The notes under the pieces are model-generated. The model saw nothing but the letters and a program-made list of their open reading frames with translations. It ran no database searches and was not told where the DNA came from. Made by a program: the position numbers and the translations under genes. A stretch of 61,406 bases of DNA, filler included, from Dugesia japonica (Eukaryota), in NCBI GenBank assembly GCA_001938525.1. It is 6 parts of 6 records of this genome, joined end to end, with 100 filler letters (N's around TTAATTAATTAA, not from the genome) between each part and the next. Parts side by side here need not be neighbours in the genome. Positions count along the whole stretch, not along the records: positions 52,836 to 61,406 come from MQRL01511190.1; 5 more parts are not named here. One strand, written 5' to 3'. Below are positions 52,940 to 61,406 of this stretch, piece by piece. Every line of letters starts with the position of its first letter. Position 1 is the first letter of the stretch.

Positions 52940-54400
52940 AAGACGAGAAATTACGGTTTGGACATGTAAAAATATAGGTCACGTTACCAGAAATTGCCCA
53001 GTAAATAAGAAGAAATGTTATATAATGTTTTCCAGATACAAATAGAGGATTTATTTTGGACACGGATGAGAGTTTCGATACGATTGGAGCAGTACTATCT
53101 CAAAAGGACAACAGTGAGCAAGAAAAAGTAATTGTAATGACGAGTCAAGAGAAAGGATATTGTACTACACGGAAAGAATTACTCGCAATTTACTACTTTT
53201 GTATTCATTTCCAACATTACTTNNNNNNNNNNNNNNNNNNNNNNNNNNNNNNNNNNNNNNNNNNNNNNNNNNNNNNNNNNNNNNNNNNNNNNNNNNNNNN
53301 NNNNNNNNNNNNNNNNNNNNTATTTGAGCAGTTTAGAAATAAAATTGGAATATAGAAAAGGATCGCTTCATACAAATGCGGATATGTTGTCAAGCTGTAA
53401 ATTTGATACTTGTGCACAATGTCTAATGTCACATGAAGATCCCAAAAGTAGAAAATTAAAAACAAGGATGTTAAATACAGTAGATATTCAAGAAAAACAA
53501 GGCAATTTTGGTGAGAATGATGAAGGGACATGGATACCTGATGATCAAGTAGAAGAGGTTATAATGAGGATACACCATATTTTGTGTCATGCTGGATCGG
53601 AAAAAGTAGCAGCGTATATGAAGCATAAATATAACGCGAAACATTTGTGGAGCAAAGTACAAGAGGTTGTTTGAAGCTGTATAACATGCCAGAAAGCTAA
53701 AATGTTGACAACAAAAACTAAAGAAGAAACAAAAAAGATGCAGCCAACCGAAATGTTTGAACTGTTATTTATAGATGTTTGTAGACCACTGCCGAAGACA
53801 AAAGGCCGAAAAAAATATGTTCTCATTATTATAGATCAATTCACTAAGTATATAGCCATGATAGCAATGACAGGACAAGATGAAGATACCATACGGAAAA
53901 CAATAATGAAGAATTGGATATTAAAATTTGGGAATCCCAGAGAAATTAGAGTTGATTGTGGAAGAGAATTTGAGTCTAAATCAATGAAATATTTTGCAAT
54001 TTAGCATGGAATTACCCTCAGGTTTTTGAGTCCATATCATCATAACACAAATGGATAAATCAGAAGATAGTTTAGAACTATGTTGGATATGATAAATGGA
54101 ACACTTAAAGAATGGAAAACTTCAGATTGGGCGGATGCATTCCCAGAGATAGAATTTACCTTGAATGCTACAAAACAGAAAACTATCGGGAAAAGCCTTT
54201 TTGAAATTGTATTTTGGAAGAGAATTAGCAGAGAAAAAAGGTATGAAAAAAATACTCAAATAGTGCAGAAAAGAAGGACCCTATAAGATCAAGACGAAGG
54301 CTCATGACAGACATTATATCCTGGAAGTTACAAACGGAAAAAGTCTTGAAAGAAACGTAGAGAAGATCAAAAAAATTCTTAATACGGAGAATATGAGTGG
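52940..54400 (+). mobile_element. Degenerate Gypsy element (gag knuckle, RNase H, integrase)
   Basis: GHVTRNC; YCTTRKELLAIYYFC; H..LCH...CITCQK; FELLFIDVCRPLP; IRVDCGREFES; SPYHHNTNG. Confidence 0.92.
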
Positions 54401-55489
54401 TTTAGAAGCGAGTTAACATTTTTATGCTCTGGTTGGAAATTGTGTTTTTAAATAATCTTTTTTAAAAAAATATCAAAATCACAAATTAATTAAGAAATTA
54501 AAATAAATAAAAATGTTTGGAAATGACAATTTTGTTTTGAAAGTTCAGAAGATTTTAAAATGATAATTTAATAGCAGGTGATTTTGTTTTGAAAATTTTA
54601 TGAAAGTTTTTGTGAAAATTTTAAAGGATATATTACTAACAAATGATCACTTTTTGTTAATGGATGTGTTATTAAAAAATAATTATTTTCTGTAAATTTT
54701 CAAATTAATTTAAATCAAGTTGTAAATGCAAATTTTTAATTTGTGAAAAATAATTTCCGATTAGAGCATGAAGTTTTAATTTGTTTGATTAATCAAATAA
54801 TGATGGTCATAGGTTTTATTTGAAATAATTTTTATGGAGTTGAATTTTCATGTTGATCATTAGAGTTCTCAAAATGCATCTAACAACGACAACTAACGAG
54901 CCTAAAGCCGGCTTTGAAATGGTAAATTGAATGGCAAAGCAGTAGATCGGCGGAGAAGAGAACAAGTCAGGTCAAGTGTAGCTATAAGAATTTCGGTAGA
55001 TAGAGAAAAGATAATAGTGTTAATAGACATAGGAGTAAAAGACTCTTTTGGTATTAACTATGAGAATATCACATTTCTATTTTGATCAAGGTATTTAAAT
55101 AGTTAATACCACGATAATATTTTTTGAGAACAATTTACTAAAATAAGCAAAAAATCTTAAGTTAATGTGCACAATCTTAGCTTTATATAAATGGATAATA
55201 ATTTCATCATTGTGTTTTTTGTTTAACTCCATCTTTTGTTATATTCTATGTTATCAAGTAACCAGTTAACTGAGATGTCAATGAAATCAAGAATAATTTA
55301 TATGAAAAACAATAATTTGTTGAAATAATTGATAACTGAAATATTTGTTTAAGTTAAAGTTTAAATAAGTAAAATTTTGAATTAATATCATTTTGAATAA
55401 CGGTTATATTTATAGTCGGCTTATGTCCGTATTTATCACATTGCTGTCGTTGCATTTTAGTTTACCTTTTTTTCTATTTTATTTGTAGA

Positions 55490-57720
55490 AATCTTTTTGC
55501 CTAAGTAAAAATAAGCAGAACAAGTCCTTGAAAAATAAGAAAAGAAAATCATATTTGAAATACAGAAATTTTAATCATGGTTAGACACTGAACTACTTTT
55601 TAAGTGAATACTTAGAAAACGTGTCTGTTTAATTTGTCAAGAGACTGTTTTCGTGAACAATGTTTCAAACACTATACGGCAATATAAGACTTGTCATAAT
55701 GTGATAGTTTCAGTGGAAAAGCAAGAGAAGATGAGGTTGTAAGGCTAAGAAATAGTTTGACAAAGCAGTCATCCATTTGCACTAGAAAAGTTGAAGAAAA
55801 TGACAGAAACACTCGTGCTAGCTATGAGGTGTCAAAAATAATTGCAGATATGATGAAACTTTAACTGATGGAGAAGTCTTCAAAGAATTATTGTTAAACG
55901 TAAAGGATGTTGCCTGCCCATAAAAAATAAAATTATTTTCCGCAATCAACCTATTAGCAAAAACAGTAACAAGATGAATCGAAGAGCTGGAATCAAATGT
56001 TAAAAGTGACTTGAAGGGCATTTTAAGTAGTTTGGATCATTACAGTATTGCTATCGATGAATCCATAAATATTAATTATACTGTTTAATTCATTTAATAT
56101 AAAGCTTTGATCAAAATTTTGGTTTTTTATTGATATTGGATAACAATTAAAAATTAAGAGTTCTTATCCAATATCCATAAAAAACCAAGATTTTAATCAA
56201 AGCTTTTATATTAAATGAATTCTATAAAACGATCAATGGTTATGTCCAACAATTATTCTCGCAATAATTGCAATTATACTGTTCAACTTGCAGTTTTTGT
56301 GAGAGGTGTAGCACAAACATTTTATATTGTGGAAGAATTTGTACAATTAGTTACTATGAAGTATATTTGTACTGGAGTAGAAATTTTTGAAAACATAAAA
56401 AAATGGAGTAAAAAATGAATCTTGGTTTAACAAAGCTTGTTAGAGTAACCACCAATGAAGCACTAGCAATGGTTGGACAGAATAAGGCATATGTTACATT
56501 TTACCTTGAACACTCGGTATTCATAAAAAAAAGTATTAAACTTCATTGCATTATTCATCTGGATGCATTGTGTGCTAAATCACTTAATTTTAAAGATATG
56601 AAAGTAGTCGTCAAAACAGGGAAGTTTATACTGAAAAAAGACTAAATCCCCACCAGTTTCAACAATTTTTAAAAGACATTGAAGCAGAATATGGCAACCT
56701 TATATATTTTCTTTAGTAATTTTCACTGGCTTAGTTGAAGAAAAATGTTGGAACGAGAATATGCATTGAGAAAAGATATTTCTTTGTTTCTAGAGATAAA
56801 AGGTCAAGAAAAGTTTTACTTAAAAGCTCCGAGATGGATTGCAAAATTGACTTTTTTAGTGGATATGATAACCCACATTAACAATTGGAATCTTCAACTT
56901 CATAGAAAGAATAAACTTATATTTTAGATGTTTAGTCAAATTACTGTTTTTTATAAAACTTAATCTATGTGAATCACAACTTCAGATGCGAAACTATTCT
57001 CAATTTCCAAATTTCCAAAACCCCAAAAGAGAGAACATTTTAGTGAGATCTATTAAGGATTTTGATACAAGAGTTATCCTCCTGTTTTGATGAATTTGAG
57101 TAATATGAAAATTAATTTAAATTATTTGGTACTCCTTACAAAATTGTTGCAGACCAAATGGCAGAAGAATATCAGTTGGAGTTAATTGACTAACAACGTG
57201 ACAATTTATTGAAAGCAAAATTTCATTCCGAATCCACTGTTGATTTATACATGATATATTTATTGCCAAGAGGAAAATATAAAAACATTTCAAATAATGC
57301 AAAACATGTGTTATCGTTATTTTCAAGTACATACGGTTGTGAACAGCTTTTTTCAAAACTGAAAAATACTAAAATTTATTTAAAATAAAAGTTGCGTGAT
57401 AACCACCTAGATGATATTTTTTGCTCCTGACATCAAGAAATATATCATCTTGCGGGCAGATGCTTTCGCGAAATAAGCAGAATCAATTGTGTCATTAAAT
57501 TATGTCTTATTATGCATCGATTTTCGATTTCTAGCTTTATTACATTTTTAGTCTAAGAACAAAATTGAGTTGTTTTTGTGTTAGTCACAGTTTGTAATTA
57601 AAATCGTCTTGAATTTTATGTTTTTTATTAACATACAATTTTAAATTATATTTAGTTTTATGGTCCGTCTCTGTACACTGCCATAACTGATTGGCCCTCG
57701 TTGTCTAAAAAGGCTAACGG
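55490..57720 (+). mobile_element. hAT transposon, GTF2IRD2/SPIN-like transposase pseudogene
   Basis: VCLICQE zinc finger; YSIAIDES...QLAVFVRG; LHCIIHLDALCAK; FLVDMITHINNWNLQL; STYGCEQLFSKLK. Confidence 0.9.
56086..56271 (+). mobile_element. Fold-back insertion with family A-type tail interrupting the hAT transposase
   Basis: 12-bp TSD AATTATACTGTT (56074-56085 / 56272-56283); ~55-bp inverted arms; tail with CAATTATT-CTCGC-AATAATTG hairpin. Confidence 0.8.
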
Positions 57721-57879
57721 AATACGGAAAGTATTAATAAGCATGACTAACTGACCAGTGTTATTAGATGTGAGGGTACTGTCGTAAAACATCTACAACA
57801 CATTTTAAACATATTATATCAAGTATTATTAGAAGGTCAGAGATTGGTAAATCCAACATGTACATTATTTGAAGCATTA

Positions 57880-59040
57880 TNNNNNNNNNTTTATCACAAG
57901 TCAACTAATAATTCATGGAGAAGAACTCTGTTGTGATATAGTCGAGGAAATTTTGATAATGGAAAATTTTGAAGGCTTTTCAATATATTTTGGACAAATC
58001 AGAATGAAATTTAAATCTATGCAATCAATCATCCTTAGTGAACTCTGGAAAAACCCTAGCATGCATTTGTATGTGCAGAATCAAGAAGACGTCAATAACA
58101 AATAGCATTATGATTCTTTGACGTTGAAACAAAAGGCAAACACCCAAAAACGAAACGACGGAATTATTGAAGAATTCAAGTGATACATAGAACGAAAAGT
58201 ACAATCAGTAAACCAAAGTGCAAAGGAACAGCGACATGGACCAAAATTAGTAACTAGAAAAAGAGATGAAATGTGCGAAGTTAATGTTACAAAAAGTATA
58301 GAGTTAAAAGTGAGTTTGTGTAACCAACTAAATTCATTATGCGATAATACTCAATTGCCCATTAGGAATTTCCAAAAATCTTAAAACTAATACATAGTAT
58401 AATGACAAACCACGTAGAAAGTGAGACTTGAGTAAGCATTGGAGAAAAATTAAGCTGTCTAAACAAAAAGCAATTTCATATGGTTGTAACACTATTGTTG
58501 GCTAGATGAAAAACGCGAATAGAGAAAGAATCAAATGACATCGCTTCCCAGGAATTCAAATATTAGATAAGTCAAAAGTGGAAGTTCAGTTGAATCAAAT
58601 GGAATACTACTGCAAGTATTGAACAAAATGTGGACATGATGAAAATCAATGTTGGAATCTAAAAGGTTGTTTCATCTGCCAATTGAATGGGCATGTTTGC
58701 AGAAATTGTCGAGTGAAGAAATGGACCAGTGTATATATAAATAGCAGCAACAACTTATCAATCGCCACTATAAAGTTTGGAAAAAATGTATCCAATATAC
58801 GAGAAAATCAACATATGTGGTCAGGTGTTCGGGAAAACGAAGTATACTATTCATTCCAAGAGAGAAATACAAACCTAAAGCAAATGAATTCTCAATTAGC
58901 GTCGATATTCAATCAGAAAGATTTTTCTGATCCAAGTGGAGTGGAGAACGAAGAGTTTCATAAAGCAATCATACAAAGAAAGAAAAACGAACAGAAATGA
59001 AGTGAAGAACACGGTCAAGCCTTTCATGCAAAACAAATGA
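57880..59040 (+). mobile_element. Highly decayed LTR-retrotransposon gag/pol remnant
   Basis: Tandem knuckles KCGHDENQC and CFICQLNGHVCRNC. Confidence 0.6.
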
Positions 59041-60011
59041 AATGGTAAAAAATAAACGACAGTCAATACGGATGGGAGTTGTCAATCAAAAATATTAGAT
59101 CAACAAGAAAAATTTACTAATAAATAGACGTAAGAAATAGCAAGGATCGGTACACAAAAAGAAATTCTAGTAGAAACAGGAGGTAACAACGAAGCTGAAC
59201 AAGGAAGATGTGTGAAACTAGTCAGCAGGTATCATTGGTGGAGTAACAGGCGTGATAATTGAAACAATAATGGTAACACAAGCAAAACGAGGGCCGTTTC
59301 AGATCAAATTAAATCATGTCGTCCACAAATTTCATATTAGAATGCATTTAAATCGATGATATAAAGGTGAAATACTGAATATAAATAAAGAAAACCAAAT
59401 CAAAGAGAAACAATTTGTTTACACAACAAAAACCAGATTAAAATACATAAATTCGATTCATTTTCTTTTTTCATTGTCTTTGGTTTGTAAATCAACTCTT
59501 TTCAGGTATCGTGCCTTAGTTAAAATAGGGGCTACATTTGTAGGTTTCATAAAATCACTATTTCACATTTACTAAGGGTTATGTATATGCACTAAACAGG
59601 GGAGGAGAGAATGGTTGGAAGGGATTATTCATAAATTCTTTACGCACAGAAAGGGATGGTAACAATATAATTAAAAGCAGGACTTGAAAATAATCGTGTA
59701 ATTTGTACATGTACACATAGGGGGGGGGGCAAAATGTACGGGTCGAACAGAGAGGGTAATGAAAATGACTTTCTATCGTACGTAACACACACGTACCCCT
59801 CAAGAACATGTATAACAACATACTCCAGCCAACAAATAATCGTAAATTTCCTATTATAAAGCACAATAATCGATAATATAAAGTTGCAATAATAAATTTT
59901 AACGACAATAAAAGACAAATGAATATAAAAAAAACAAAATCAAAGAGAAAACAATTTATTTTACACAACAAAAACCCGAGAGTGAAATACATAAATCCGA
60001 TTCGATTATCA

Positions 60012-61170
60012 TTATTTTCTTATCGGTTGTGGTTTGTGAACCAACTCTTTTCTTAATATTTCCAATTTTTTCATAGATTCCTTCTCTTTTATTTCATCCT
60101 CTTTCTGCTTTGAAATTTTCTGCTGGGCTTCTTTTTCTTTTATTTGTAAATTAAATTTGTTTCTTTCTTGTGCTCTTATCAACGTGGACAGTTTAGGTGA
60201 TTGAGGCATCGTTGCTGGTTTCGGTTTGATATGACCGACCCCTCTAGGAATATATTTGATGTTCACTGCTCCAGCATTGTTAGTATAAGTATTATTTGGT
60301 CTCGTGGAAAGAGGTACACGAATTCCTGGAGCATTATTAGTATTCTTGTTTCCGACGAGTGGCTTTCGAGTTTGAGTTGGGATTATTTGTTTGTTAGTTT
60401 GATTGGATAATTTTATTTTATCATTCTAACATTTATTACCACCAACTTTAAACATTAAAATTAAATTTCACTTACAGTTTTTATCATCTTGCTCGCAGCC
60501 ATCAAGCTATTATTCTCCTTGTTAACATTATAAATGGCCCGCGTAGCAGATCGCCCCTACAAAAATATAAATTCCATGCATANNNNNNNNNNNNNNNNNN
60601 NNNNNNNNNNNNNNNNNNNNNNNNNNNNNNNNNNNNNNNNNNNNNNNNNNNNNNNTATCTTGTGGTAAATTTGCATCATTTAAGTTAAGCATTTTTATCT
60701 ATGACTACATTAATCAACATAAAAAAACAGAATGCTTTTACAGATTCAAGAGGATTTTCATTTTCAAGTTCATCTAATTATATTTAATTAAATTCCAATT
60801 AAATTAAATATTTACTTTCATTTAAAACTGAACTGTTTTTACCAGGAAAGACTCGATGTTCATAACCAGTTAGAGACAAATCTAACCTTATATTATTTTA
60901 ATAAGTCACTAATACAATTATACTTTCAAAAAATTTATTTTTTTCCTCTTCTGTTGACATAGAATTACCTAATATACATTATGGCAAAATATTGATTATT
61001 GTAATACCTGGATCACAATTTATTATAACTAATATTTCATCAATACTTTCATCTTGACCATTTGACTCTAATAAAAAGAAGGAATTTTTATATTTTATAT
61101 AAAATATATTATTTTAGTAAGAAATTACTTCTATTGTTTTCAGCCATTAAAAATTTTTTCGAAGTCTATA
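60012..61170 (-). CDS. TPX2: TPX2 C-terminal-domain protein (multi-exon; last exons 60476-60556 and 60012-60425)
   Basis: SPKLSTLIRAQERNKFNLQIKEKE...LRKELVHKPQPIRK matches TPX2 RAKERQE...LRRELVHKANPIRK; in-frame 50-nt GT-AG intron 60426-60475; several more small AG/GT-bounded exons upstream (less certain). Confidence 0.8.
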
Positions 61171-61406
61171 ATTAAATAATAAGAATATTTAAACAAAACC
61201 ATTTCTTTGTTTTTAGTTAAAATCGAAAATTCTAATCAAAATATAACCATATTTTTCTCAATTATAAATTCCTTTAAATAGTTTTAATTTTAGTCTACAT
61301 TTTTTTTAATTAATTCAAGTTACTTTAAAAGAAATTATAAATAAAATTAATTTCTACTTGTATTTAATTATACCACCGATTTTAAATTAAATCGTAAATA
61401 TAAAAA

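Overview
Very AT-rich animal genomic DNA from a fragmented draft assembly. A triclad flatworm (planarian) origin is plausible but is inference only. Five 100-nt spacers (44 N + TTAATTAATTAA + 44 N) split the window into six segments that are probably unlinked. Host genes are a 4-KH IGF2BP/Imp-like RNA-binding protein, a compact TPX2-C-domain gene, a Raf-like N-terminal/RBD fragment and the 5' part of an epoxide hydrolase; resolved introns are 44-81 nt. Most of the rest is decayed Ty3/Gypsy, pogo/Tigger, mariner and hAT elements plus minisatellites. Signals the ORF track does not show: (i) five minimal hammerhead-ribozyme motifs from three sequence families, most inside Penelope-like repeats; (ii) a family of 140-470 bp insertions with 11-12 bp TSDs, a constant 3' tail with a stem-loop and, in three copies, an inverted arm ending at the same point; (iii) a Polinton/Maverick-type PolB fragment downstream of a Gypsy pol, followed by a decayed glycoprotein-like frame; (iv) an intronless decayed ORF of about 500 codons with apparent tandem UBX-like and SUMO-like folds.
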